Assembly (NCBI GenBank): GCA_002269645.1
Contig: NIVC01001931.1
Span: forward strand, 26,292-90,291
Direction of reading: 5' to 3'
From: Macrostomum lignano
Lineage: Eukaryota
DNA: 64,000 nt
Under the pieces are notes generated by a model, which was not told the DNA's origin, did not search any database, and worked only from the letters and a program-made list of their open reading frames with translations. Numbering within the stretch: the stretch's first letter is position 1; each line of letters opens with the position of its first letter. The position numbers and the translations under genes are program-made. Shown here piece after piece: positions 17,400 through 29,628 of the stretch.

Positions 17400-20300
17400 G
17401 CTATTGGTGCCAAGCCACTCAACATGAATGCTATTCACAGGCATTAGCTGCTGGTCTAAGAGGCTAGAGGGATAATCTAACTAGACTAGTACCATGTCAA
17501 TAGCTTGCTAGACCTGTTAGATCAGGCAAAGCTGGACCTTGCTTAGCTTGCAAGGCATATTCAGCATGCCAGTGAAGTATAAGACTGACTAGGCCCAAGG
17601 GCTAAGGTCTACGATGCTCCATACCTACCTCTATCTTTAGTAGGTTAAGGCTAGTGGGAGGTCTACACCTATTTGCCACTGCCCCCTCACTACATTGCCT
17701 CGCAAGCCAACCCAGGGGTACCCATCCCCAAAAGTGTTCAAAGTAGACCCTAGGGCTCCAGTGTTGTTGACCCATCTAGTGGCTCTTGTTGAACTTGGAT
17801 ATGCTAGTCTGGCTTGCCAGTCTGCAGGCCATGGTACTGCTCAACATATCCTCTAATGCCTAAGGTATTGACCATGCCAATGGGCTAGAAGGCTAGGGAG
17901 TAGTTTGGTTACAAGTGGTCTCCTTCCTGGTGTCAGGCCAGCCTTGAAGTTTTTTTTGGCCTATTGCCTGGTCAGGTGGAGTGACTAGGTGGGTACTGTG
18001 CCCCTTTGAGGATAGCCCACCAACCTTTATCAAGGCCTTCAAGCTGACTATAGATAATCAAGTTATATCGAGGGACAGGAAACTTTCTAAACCCCAACTT
18101 CAGTCCAAAGGTTGGGGGACTTGCTGGCAGATCCCAACCAACTGATTCAACTGTGGCAAAGGAAGAACCAGCTGGCTCTGCTGGCAGATCCAACCAGAGC
18201 TACCAAAACCAAAGTAGCCAAAGACCTGCCAGCTTTGCTGGTGGATCTAAGGGAACTGCAGGCTCTGAGCCTTGAGGACCAGCCAAATCTAGCAGATCTA
18301 ACAAAGCTCAACAAGCTTGGCTTAAGTACAAATGTGCTAAGCAACATGCCAAGAGGCAGGCCAAGAAGGGAGCTGCGAGGGCCGCCTAAGTGGTAGCATC
18401 CACCATGGATGCTAAAGCAACTGGTGTCCCAAGGCAACCAGACAAGCCAGCTGGTGGAAGCTCTAGCAGTTTAGTGGCAGCACTTCCTTGTGGATGTTGC
18501 TGTAGCTGCTAAGGCCAAAAACATGGTGCAACAAATGGCCACTGCTAACAAGAAAGTTCCTTTGGGAGCTACCTTTGCAGCAAAAGCCAAGGCCAAAATC
18601 CTGGGAGTGATCATTCAAGGTTGCAACTAGGACTAGACCACTGGTCAGCTTCAAAACGTGTGGAGTGCTATTGACTCCTATCTGATTGGGCTGACTGTTG
18701 AGGAGGGAATTTCTATCAGCATTGAGCAGATGGTGCTACAAAGCACATTTGTTCTTTTTGCTCCTAGCAGTGAGAAGGATATTTAGCAGCTGCTCCAGTG
18801 GCTGGTGATGGTCTACTTAGATGCTGAGCTCAGTGGAGCCCTTTTTCTTTGCGAAGGCCAGCATCAAAGACAATAATACCCTACATGGTTTTTGTCCCTT
18901 CCAAGAGCACAATAGCTAGACTAGACATTGTATACCGGGTCCTACTGCGTCTAAATTGTAATCTCTTTGCTAGTAGACTGGTGTATCACTGCAAGGTCTG
19001 CAGGGGGACATGGGCAATTCAATCATCCTCAGCTTATCCAATGCTTGGGCAAGTTGGTACCCCAATGGATTTTCTTTCTAGCTAGGTACCCTCAAGCTCA
19101 AGCTGCACCAAGGAAAATCTGCCAAAGGGAAGGCTACTTGCCAACCCCGGCATCTCTGGCAAGAGCAAGGCATAGTCTAAGGCCCAAGGAAAGGTGCAAA
19201 CCAATCCCAAAGCCAAAGCTACATCTTGCCCCTCTGCTAGCAGCAATTGGGCAATTGCAGTGATGGCTCCAGCCAAGCCCTAGGAACTGAACCTACCAGC
19301 TAGAGAAAGAGTTAAGGACAAGGCTAGGTCTTTAGAATCTAAGCTCTTCTTGGCCACCCTAGTAGGGTCTAAGGGCAAAGATGCAAATGAGGAAACCTCC
19401 ATCTTGTCATTGGAGCCCGAGGAATCTGCGGGGGCTAGTAGAGGTAAGGAGGCCATGGATATCAACCAACTCCCATCTTCCCATCAAGCCCCAATGGCCT
19501 AGGACAAGGATGAACTGTTGTCCAAGTCTCCTTGATGGCCTAGGGTTCTAGCCAGCTATTGCATTTAATACAGTATGACTAAGCTCCATTCTGCCAAAGG
19601 AGTAGCATACATTCTGTCTGCAAATTAATTTACAGCATTGCATATCTGTGGCAGTAAATCTGATGAAGATTGCTGAGCTGTATAGGCTAGGCCTTATCCT
19701 GATCCAGGAACCCTAGATTTGCAATGGTAAATTGCCTAACATTCCTCCTAGCTATACTGATTTTTGTGTTATGGCCTAGGGAACAGCCACCCTAGAGTGG
19801 CTATCCTTGCTACTAGCCATCTCCACGCTTGGCTAAAGACTGATCATTCAGATAGAGACTTCTGTGTCATCCAATCTAATTATCTCTCTCTGCATATATG
19901 TCTTGTTGCCTCAATCTATATTCTAGGCAATAGAGACCTGGCACCTGAGAGTCTGCTGCACCTTGCATAGTATTGCAAGTCCCAGAATGCTAAGCTATGC
20001 TTAGGGGGCAACTTCAATGTACAACATAAGCATTGAGGCAGCAAAGACACCAATACTAGAGGGGAGAAGCTCTTGGCCCTTATCTCTAATACAAACCTTA
20101 TGCTCTGCAATTGCAGTAGCACTCTTACTTTCAACAATGACAGATAGACTGAGGTCCTCAATGCCATACTCATTACCCCCAAGACTCTTTGACAGAGTCA
20201 AGGAGTGGAAAGTCTAGTCTTAGGAGCCCTTTCTATCTGACCACTGCTTTGTTGCCTTTAACTAAACCCCAGTTCTTGATCACTTGGAGGTGTAATATTA

Positions 20301-20620
20301 ACAACACTGATTGGGTGGCCTATAAGGCTACCCTTGATCTGCATCTGCAAGAACTCAGACTTATATCCAATTAAAACCTACAAAGATATGGACCATATGG
20401 CCAAGATGTTGACAGGTTGTATTATTGCAGCCTATGAAGTGGCCTACCCTGTTTATGCTTACAAAGGTACCATGTAGGCATAATGGTACCATGGTAAAAC
20501 CCAGAGCTGGGGAAACTCAGGCAAAAGGCCAAACCCTTTACCGCCATGCCATGAAGACCAATAACAAGGGCATTATGACAATGTTTCATAGAAACCAAGT
20601 ATTATATTTCTTTATTTTGT
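17400..20620 (+). mobile_element. Degenerate non-LTR retrotransposon (LINE) remnant: putative ORF1 region plus ORF2 apurinic endonuclease domain (about 19600-20260)
   Basis: Reading through stops and frameshifts gives LQINLQH...LILIQEP*, GGNFNVQHKH*GSKDTNTRGEKL and LSDH, matching the APE motifs QINLQH/LIQEPW, GDFNAHH..WGS..TN.RGE.L and SDH. The left boundary and ORF1 identity are uncertain. Confidence 0.75.
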
Positions 20621-20694
20621 AAGTATATTGTACATTATTAGTATTTCTTTGCTTTATTTTATTAATATTTTATACAATATATATTAATATTGCA

Positions 20695-21225
20695 CATTAA
20701 TATTTCAACTGCACTGTTGACCAGAGTGTCTCCTACATGGGGAAGACCAAAAGACACGCACACTAGAACCAAGGAGCACTGGCTCAAACCATTGGCCATC
20801 CAAACCTACCTTTTGGAATGTAACAGCTGCTCTAATTGTACACCTGAAGAACATTTTAAAATCATTGATCAATGCCCATCTAATCACAAGCTCAAGATCT
20901 TAGAAGCCTTGTATATAAAAAACCAGTTGCCCACCCTTAATACACAACTCCAACACAGTGGTACAGGCCATGTTCTCCATGTATTCTGAGTGAGAGAGCA
21001 CTGACCTTGTAACCAGTGCTCATTCAATTATATTTTGTTTTCTGCCTATTGGTCTTTGCCCTACCCTACAGACTATCAACCTCTTACTATTTTGTACATA
21101 CAAAATACTTACTTACCAGTTATATATGTTTCATTGACAAATAATTTATAAATTCGCTTACTCACACCTTTCGTTTCAAACAATATACCTGACAATGCAC
21201 CTTGGTATACAAAATGTGTCAAAAA
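20695..21225 (+). mobile_element. Penelope-like element 3' fragment: GIY-YIG endonuclease C-terminus plus 3' region with a decayed hammerhead core
   Basis: YFNC...SYMGKTKRH-(frameshift)-TRTKEH...C..C....FKII...LKILEALYIKNQLPTLNTQ...LHVF* matches the PLE GIY-YIG pattern YIGKT.R.L..R..EH ... EAL.I....P.LN.Q. Confidence 0.75.
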
Positions 21226-21934
21226 AACCACATGTTGATTTTCTGATTTCTCTTTATTTTACTTGCCAAGCAAGCCACTTTACCTAATATTGCATTTATG
21301 TTACTTTTGTATTTGTTGCCTAATATGAATTTATTTTACTATTTCATTTGTATTTCATGCATATCATACTATTTCTCAATCTCATAGAGAAGTTTAGACT
21401 TTTTAAAGTTTATATTGATAAAATACTTCAATTTTTCCATTTTTTTTAATTTTCACCAGACACTTGGTGGATGCCCAAAATGATAAAAAAGCAAAAAAAT
21501 CCCCAAAAAACCACATTCTATGGTAATGCAACCTCAGTTTATTAATTGACTATGATGTCAATAAGAATTTGATAAAAATTGTTTCAATGAAATTTGTATT
21601 TAAAAATGAATATTTTTCAAAACAAAAAAGTTAACTTGCTTTGTGAATATAAAATTAAGAAATCACAAGTAATATTCATCATTTTCCAACTATAATATAT
21701 AGTGAATACAAATGACTTTATCAAATTTGGTATTGAGTTTTGTTATAATGTCAAATAATTGCCTTGTCACAGTTTCCTCTATTTTAAATTTGCTATATCT
21801 ACGATGTGCGACAATATTATTGTCTTCTATATTGTGATTTGTTGCTACCTTTGCCATTGTGGTTGATATTAATATCTCTTACCAAATGATTTAGTGATAT
21901 AAGTATTGTAATTAATCATATTACAAATGTCTAA

Positions 21935-22680
21935 TATTCAAGTTTGCATTGATAAAATCAACCTCCATGAAGAATCCCCTACTCAAAAACCTATTATCCT
22001 ATTCCATGCCCCGATAGTTGATCATTTATCTTTTTGTAAAGATCAATCCCTTTTTCCTGGAGTTTAGAATTTATCAACACCATTTTGAATAGGTCTCTAT
22101 GCCTCTATTAAAGTTTATGTTGATAAAATCAACCCCTATATAGAATCCTTTATCTTAAAAACCCCCATCCTATTACTCATGCCCCAGTGTTTGGTCATTG
22201 ACATTTTGGTTAGGTCTACCTTTCCACTGAGTCTAGAATTTATCAATACCATCCTAGGTTTTTTTGTGCGCAGAGTGTGCATATGCACCCTAAATTTTAA
22301 AATTGCATCCTGAAATTAAAAAAGTAGGTGCGGTCTTATAACCATTTTTCTTTAAAGGCGAGATAACAGACAAGAAGTCAAGGCATTCTTTATACAAAGA
22401 TGTATAGACATAAGACATGTCTATACATTCCCAGTTGTCTGAAACAAGACTCAAGAGAAATTGCACTCTGAACCTTAAAATCGCACCTTGAAATTTGGCA
22501 CAAGGTGCGATTTTGCACCTTGTCTCTGGCGAAAAAAAGCCCCAGATACTATCTTGAATAGGTCTCCATGCCTCTATTCAAGTTTATGTTGATAAAATCA
22601 ATCCCCATGAAGAATCTCCCTACCTAAAACCTCCCATTCCCTATGTCCCAACTCCCAGTAGTTGGTTTGAAGCCTGGATG
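21935..22680. repeat. Three degenerate copies of an approximately 170-bp unit (GATAAAATCAACC.CCATGAAGAATC...), the last two separated by a possible 290-bp MITE (about 22254-22548)
   Basis: Shared blocks near 21950, 22120 and 22590. The insert has weak inverted ends and an imperfect 8-bp duplication (ATACCATC/ATACTATC). Confidence 0.45.
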
Positions 22681-23174
22681 GAATTCTTGCAGAAAAATCA
22701 CAACGCGTTATGCGATTGCGCAAAAAAATGCAATTTTGCATAAAAAAATCCGGAAAAAATATGTCGCAGAATTTCAGACAAAATTGCTAATTCTTAATAT
22801 ATGCAAAAGTGCACTTGAGATATTGCATTTTGCAAAAGATAATCCTACTAGCTAAGATCACGAAGAAAAAAAGAATAAAAAGTAAAAACTAAATAAGGCA
22901 CAAAAGTAATAATTCGAAAAAATTCTATAAAAAGTAGAAACTCGTAACATTCTCTAACATACGTATTTGGACAAAAATTCAAATTACTATATTTTCTTAG
23001 AATGCATTTTTCATTATTGTCTTATTGATTACTTTTTTAGATGAACATACATTTACCATTTTGCAACGTACTAAGTACCAAAATAAAAAATGCGACCAAT
23101 CAAAAATATTTTGCATGCCATAAAAAAAATTGCATAATTATGTTTGACTTTAGAAATACAAGAATTCCATCCTA
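22674..23174. mobile_element. About 500-bp MITE with 13-bp TIR GGATGGAATTCTT and flanking direct repeat GGTTTGAAGC
   Basis: TIRs at 22676-22688 and 23160-23172; direct repeat at 22664-22673 and 23175-23184. Retains CpGs, unlike the surrounding DNA. Confidence 0.6.
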
Positions 23175-24526
23175 GGTTTGAAGCACCTACATATGGTTTG
23201 AAACTATTATAAATGAAGCTCAAATCAGATCATAAATGAAGCTCAGATTTCAGGTGCTATGAAATCAGCACCATCAAAACCCCTAGGCCTATAGAGGCAA
23301 AATTATGCTCCTATCAAATTGCAACTAATTTATAAACATAAACTTGAAGAAGTCTAGAAGCTCCTATCTTGTATATATACCAATTAGCTTTATAGTATTC
23401 TAGCATAATATTTTAATGATTTATTTGTGAATTGCACCTGGGAGGGTTTGTCTGGTTCTTAGATTAAGTTTGTTATCAATTGTTATCTTGCTTAGGCCCC
23501 TACCTTATTTATAAATATAGGCCTATACTTTGCAGTCAGCAGCCACTTTCTCACTTCATTTCACCTTTTGTCCCTCTTTTGCTTGCAGGGCCTAAAGCCA
23601 TCTGGCTTTCTTTGCCTTCCTAATTCTACACCCTCCCACTGCCTACCTCATTAGGGCTTAGCCTAGGCTACCAATCAATAGGCGCATAGGGTCTTGACTG
23701 GCCTTTGCAAAGCACAACCTGAGCCAATTAAAGTTATAGGCTAAACTAATTTAGGCTATAAACTAGTAGGCCTATGAAATTGGCTGCTGATCTGCATTGT
23801 AGACTTTATCTAAATTAACTGCTACATCAAAGAAAAACGGTATATGCATAGGCATAGGGCATAGCCATAGGCCTAGTACATCATGGCTCATGGGATTCGT
23901 GGACATATATGGGCCTATATATATAAGTAATGATACATAAAATATAAATATTTATCACATGTAGCCATTACAGCCTGTCTGTAGAGCATGTAGGCGTAAC
24001 ACAAAAATGAAAAATTGAGATGGCCTAATTCAATTAGCAATCGCAGAATTTCATTTCGCAGAAAGAGAAAAGAAAAGAAGGTCCATACATACGATCTCAA
24101 GCACAAAATTTTAACCCTATTTTATTGCATTCAAATCAAACAGTGGAATTGAAAACCGGAATAATCAAAGAAAAATATTAACAAAGGCGAAGTGTCACGA
24201 ACGATCAGAGTAATTGAGACGGGAAATTGAGCTGGATTTTGGGGGATAAGAGCTGGAGTCTTAAAACTACATTTTCTGTTATAAATCAGAGGGCCTATAA
24301 TGAAAATTGTTTGTCTATCGGTTGAAATCTCTAATGAAAAATTGAACTTTAAAATTTGACCCCAGATGTACATGTATACGAGCGTACATAACGCCATATA
24401 CCTCAGTAGTTCCTGAATTCCCCTACACTAACACTAAACACGTTCTATGGCGATGGAATGATGCAGTCAGGAATTGATTTTAATTGACTATTTTACACCT
24501 ATTGACGCATCAAATCCTTGCACTAT

Positions 24527-26702
24527 TGTGACGTTGTCAGTTTAAGGTGGTCCCGAAAAGGGCCGTTGGACTGCTGTTCTCCATAGTCATTCAACCCTTC
24601 AGTTTCACCGTTTCAACTAAACTTTTGGCTGGCGCGTGGCGCCGTTCCCTGCCGTGGCGCCCTGTCGCCGTTTCCTGCCTTGGCGCGTGGCGCCGTTCTC
24701 TGCCTTGGCGCGTGGCGCCGTTCCCTGCCGTGGCGCCCTGTCGCCGTTTCCTGCCTTGGCGCGTGGCGCCGTTCCTTTGCCTGGCGCGCTGCGCCGTCCT
24801 CTGCCTTGGCGCTCTTGCGCCGTTCTCCGCCTGGCGCGCTGCGCCGTCTCCTGCCTTGGCGCGTTGCGCCTTTCTCCGCCTGGCGCGCTGCGCCGTTTTC
24901 TGCCTTGGCGCTCCGCGCCGTCCTGTCTCCGCCTTGGGCGCTCCCTTGCCGGTTTCTCCCTCCCGCCTGTTTGGCGCGCCGCGCCGTGTCCCGCCGCCCT
25001 TGGCGCTTGTCGTCGTTTGCCCGCAGTTGTCCGGACTGTGTCTCTGTTTCGTGCCTCTGCTCTGCATCTTTTGCCTCATCCATCTTGTCACCTTTGTTCT
25101 GTGCTCCTTGCCTCATCTGTCTTGTCACCTCTGTTCGTCCTGTCGTTTTTTTGTGCGTTTGCGTGCCCCGCGCGCTCCGCTCTGCGCTACTTTTGTAACC
25201 AATGTTATTCTCACTGCCATACCTACGTTGACTTTGATTTTCACCATTCATCTACCTGTATTCATTATTTACTGCAGTCTGTTCCTTTGTTTTCGTATTC
25301 CCCTTCAGCCTCTTCACTTCTTTTTGCGAGCGTGTGAAACATCCCATTTTGTTGCGGTGCCGGACCTCGAAAGCCGGGCGCCATAGGCGTTTTTCAACGC
25401 TCTTTCTTTTCTCTGTGCCTGTTTTTTTTTCTTTGCGCCTCTGTGCGCGTGTCTGGGCGGCGCCTGCGTCCCATTGGGGGCGAGCCCATGCGGTCCACCG
25501 GGACCGGCCCAGCTGTTGAGCCGTTTGTCGGCTGGCTGCACCCTGCAGCGGATGCATTCTGCATCGTTTACACACCTTCACTCCACTGCTTCCCTCGCGT
25601 GCTAGCTCTTCTTTGTAATGTTCTGTAACTTTCTGTAATCCTACCACCTGTTCTGTAATTTGACTTCGATTATTCAGCCACTCATAAGCCTGTGGGTTAG
25701 TAATCCCTAAAGCCTCCAGTAATCATATGCTCATACAAACTGACTCAACCCCACTGTAATTCATTCTACTGTAATTTCATTTGCTGCGGTCATGCTGTGT
25801 TTTTCTTGCCGTCACCCCGCGTGTTGGTTTTCTTTTTGCGCGACCCTATCCTTTTTCGGAAGGGAGGCGGGTGTGACGTTGTCAGTTTAAGGTGGTCCCG
25901 AAAAGGGCCGTTGGACTGCTGTTCTCCATAGTCATTCAACCCTTCAGTTTCACCGTTTCAACTAACCTTTTCCATTCGTTTATTGCGACGTTTACTTGTA
26001 GTAGTGCCCAACGATTTTGTGGCAATTTCTAATTCACTGTATATTTTGCTATCCTCTCTCGCGACCGTATAAAATTGGCACGATCGATAATTTTAAGTTC
26101 TCTCGCCAGCCAATGAAATCACTCGTGCTCGCGCTACCCCCCTCTGCGCTCTTTTATTAAACCCCCCCGCCTGGCGGCGGGCACTCCACGCTCCCCTCGC
26201 TCTCTCTCGCTCGTCTCTCCCCGCCTGTTCCTTGTTTCCTTCCCTGCGGCCTCTTAGCTGTCTTATCTGTTTGTCTGGCTGCCTCGAGCCTCCTTATTTC
26301 TCACCACGGCCCTTCTGTCTGGGCCAGCCTGCTCACACACTTACTTGACTGTTTCACGCCACGACCGACGCCAACTTTCCCTGCCTTCACTGTGCTCATA
26401 GCCACTGCTCACGTCACGTCGCCATTGTGTCATTCGCCTGCCACTTGACTTCATATCCAAATTATATTCAACCCATTGCTGCAGCCGCCAGTGCCCAGAA
26501 AGCTATAGTCTGTTTATTGCCAGTAACAACCAAACTTAATACTGATATTAACAATAAAGACAACTACGGCAGTTCCTGCCTTTATCGCCAAGTGCTCCGC
26601 TACAAAATCCGCTTTACAAGAATTGACTTCAACTTATTTTGGGACTAAAACGGCCCTTTTAAGGGTCACCGCATAGCTGGCCGCTACGCCAATAACGTGA
26701 CA
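24527..26702 (+). mobile_element. Internally deleted LTR retrotransposon (Gypsy-like): truncated 5' LTR 24527-24626, GC-rich repetitive internal segment, PPT, full 831-bp 3' LTR 25872-26702
   Basis: About 95-bp direct repeat beginning TGTGACGTTG at 24527 and 25872. PPT GGAAGGGAGGCGGG directly precedes 25872. Element ends TGTGACGTT...AACGTGACA. 4-bp TSD CTAT at 24523-24526 and 26703-26706. TATAAAA and AATAAA inside the 3' LTR. No gag/pol motifs. Confidence 0.8.
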
Positions 26703-26873
26703 CTATAGTATAATGCCTCTTTTTTTTATGCAGACTATATGCTTATCTGACGGAGTTGATTTTGTTATATCTGCTCTATCTGGTGTGCAAATCGAATTAC
26801 CTTGCATTGCAGCTTATGGACTATTGTTCTCATCTTGAACCCAATATTGCGCACGACTGCAGCTAATCTAACT

Positions 26874-29628
26874 CAGTGGCGTACGCAGGATTTTTGTATC
26901 GGGGGGGGGGGCAACCCTAGATGAAGTTCTGTTTACTCATTCTTGGCAGATCTGTTCTTACTTAAATTTCTTAGCAGATCTGTGAATTTTGGTTAACACA
27001 TTCTTAACAGATCTGTTCTTACTTAAATCTCTTAGCAGATCTGTATCTGCTTTTGTCTTACAAGATCTTACAAATCTTTGCAAGCCATTTTTTATTGTTT
27101 GGTACGTAAAAAACATTCGTAATTTTTTAGAAAATACTTATTAGGTAAAGAGAAAACAAAATTTCCAACTGTATATCAGAAAAAAGACTTTCGTATATTT
27201 TCACATTTCTCTGCTGGATCTTGTCAGATCAGTTCTTGCAGATCTGTACAGACCAGTTTTGAAAAGTGTCTGAATTGTTTTTTTCCACAAAACATTTAAC
27301 ATAATAGTAATTGCGTTTTTTAATGATTTGTATTTATTTTAGTTGTTCTTCTGGCAGCCAACAGTAAATGAATTTGTTTAAATACTCTTTCCGCAGTAAC
27401 TGAACATAGTGGACCCTTATAGTTTGAATTCTCGCTCTTTCAATATCCATCCATCTCAGTTCTTTCTTTTGACTTAGCCGAATACATAATTTTTAATTCC
27501 TTAAATTGTTTCATAGTGTAGTATCACTATCTTTTACTTTTTTAGCCATAATAACTTTTTTGATTAAGTATAGCTATGGCTTTAAATGAAGAGCAGATCG
27601 CGTCATCAATTCAAAAAATTTGACATAATTGACAGACTGACTATAAAATGTATGATATGCTATATATATATCTATATTATATATATATATATATATATCT
27701 AGGCTTGTTTCCTACTCCTAGGACTATAAGTATGAGTAGGCCTAGGCCTATGACTTTGTTATATGCTTTAATAGAAACAGAATGCATGTCTAGACCTAGT
27801 GATGTTGTCCATTAATAATTCATTAATCCATTAATAATTCAGAAATTCAGTTACATACATAGATCTGTATTTTTTGTAGTCTTTTGCATTTCATTATATT
27901 ATATTTATATATACATACCTAGTTCTAGCCCCTAGGCTAGGGCTAGGCTAGTTCTAGTGACCTAGCTAGTAAGTAAATCTTAATTAAATAGGTCTATTCT
28001 GTTTTTGTTTGTTTTATATATGCTTATCTAGATTTATAAATAGGTAGACTGACATATCTGTAAAACTTGGTTTTAATCCCTCCTTGATTTTAAACACTTA
28101 GGTTAAGAGTGTAATGTCTATTTTTAGTAAATAGTGTTATAACTAGAGGCTTATCATTTTAATTTTAAAATAAAATAGGCCTTACTCTACTAAAAATTGT
28201 AATTGCTATATAGGGTATAGTTTTTATGAATTAGAATTAAACCTGGATGCTTAAATATAGGCTTATGGTTGTTAGAAAGTTATCTTAAGCCTTGACCTAC
28301 TATTTGAAGAATATAGATAGGCATAGCAAAATCTAAAAGTATTTATACTAGATAGGCCTAGATAAATAATATGAAAAATATAGAATAGAAGAAAAACAGG
28401 TCTAAATTTAATTAGACCAAAGAACTTTTACAAAAGTTATTACTCTGACTATTTAAAAACATAACAATGATATTTGTTTTATATTTTAGTTATTTTGAAT
28501 TGAATATTAATGTTTAAAATCCCAGAACTTTACTACAATTTTCCTTTTAATTGATGCTACTTTACATGGTCAATATGGCATCGCTACTTATGGGTTCCAA
28601 GCTTGTCTTTATAGGCCTACCAAGTGGCAAAGTGGCAAGCATCCTATGATTGCTAAAAGAAAAAATGAAGCCAGCCTAAAGTAAAAATGCAACATGATAA
28701 AGAGCCCTAAAGTATTACTAAGAGCTCTTATAGACCTACTTTTATTGATAACAAAGTAAGCTTTCTAGCAATATTGACTTTAAAATCTTTCAGTACTGGA
28801 CTCTTTCAGTTTCAATTATTTGCATACCAATTTAATTGTACATTGTAGTAAAAGATGCACCTGGTTTTTTTCAAATGTTTCTGCTTCTATTTTTTAGTTT
28901 CTAAAAGTATTGCTCACCCTAATTTTATTAGTCCATTGTACCATTAGTATTTTTTCTATTGAATGTGTGCTTAAATTTTGTTTTGAAGTTGACTTATTTT
29001 TTGCTTGTGATATTTCCCTTGTGCATAGAAGTTTTATTTCATGAGCATATATGTGTATTTGTTTACATTTTCACAAATAAATATGTCTACTTTATTTTAA
29101 TTGTTCAATGACATTTGCTTTTGTTCTGGCAGCTTACTAGCACAATACTAAAAGTGCAGAATCAAATAAGAAAGTCCTGTCATAACTCGTGTTCTTTATT
29201 GGAATTAAATTAGTGCATTGGGGTTTTATAAATGGATTACTAAACAGATCTGGGAAGATTTGATAAGACGGACAATGCATTCAATTGGTAAAGCCTAATA
29301 CATCTTACAAGATCTGCCCAGATCTCCTAAGATCTGCTCGTGCAGACCGTGCAAGATCTTCCTGCAGATCTTGTAAGTTCTGCCTATATATTTTAATGCT
29401 GCAGATCTGTTACGTTCTTGCAAGAACGTAGCGAGAAGCTCCAGACAGATCTGCTAAGAAATGGCATGACGATTTCATCTAGGGAATCCTTAGGGGCGCC
29501 AATATTGAGTGTCTTGTGGGGGGCGCCATTCTGGGGGGGCGCAGTTTTTGTGGGGCGCAATTTTTTTGGCGGGCGATTAGGGGGCGGACTGTGCCCCCCC
29601 TCCCCTTGCGTACGCCATACATGCACTG
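26874..29628. mobile_element. hAT-like MITE (about 180 bp when empty) split by a CMC-type insertion
   Basis: Ends CAGTGGCGTACGCA and TGCGTACGCCA[tacatgca]CTG. Perfect 8-bp TSD ATCTAACT at 26866-26873 and 29629-29636. Confidence 0.85.
26915..29484 (+). mobile_element. Non-autonomous CMC (CACTA/EnSpm-type) DNA transposon, copy 1, 2570 bp
   Basis: TIR CCCTAGATGAA...TTCATCTAGGG fits the 5'-CMCWR consensus. 2-bp TSD AA. Many subterminal CAGATCT repeats at both ends. AT-rich non-coding interior. Strand is arbitrary. Confidence 0.8.

Noticed and set aside
24547-25647. Long Arg/Ala-rich ORFs on both strands as gag or a novel protein
   Set aside because: They arise from the GC-rich imperfect repeat inside the LTR element; open in many frames, with no CCHC or capsid motif.
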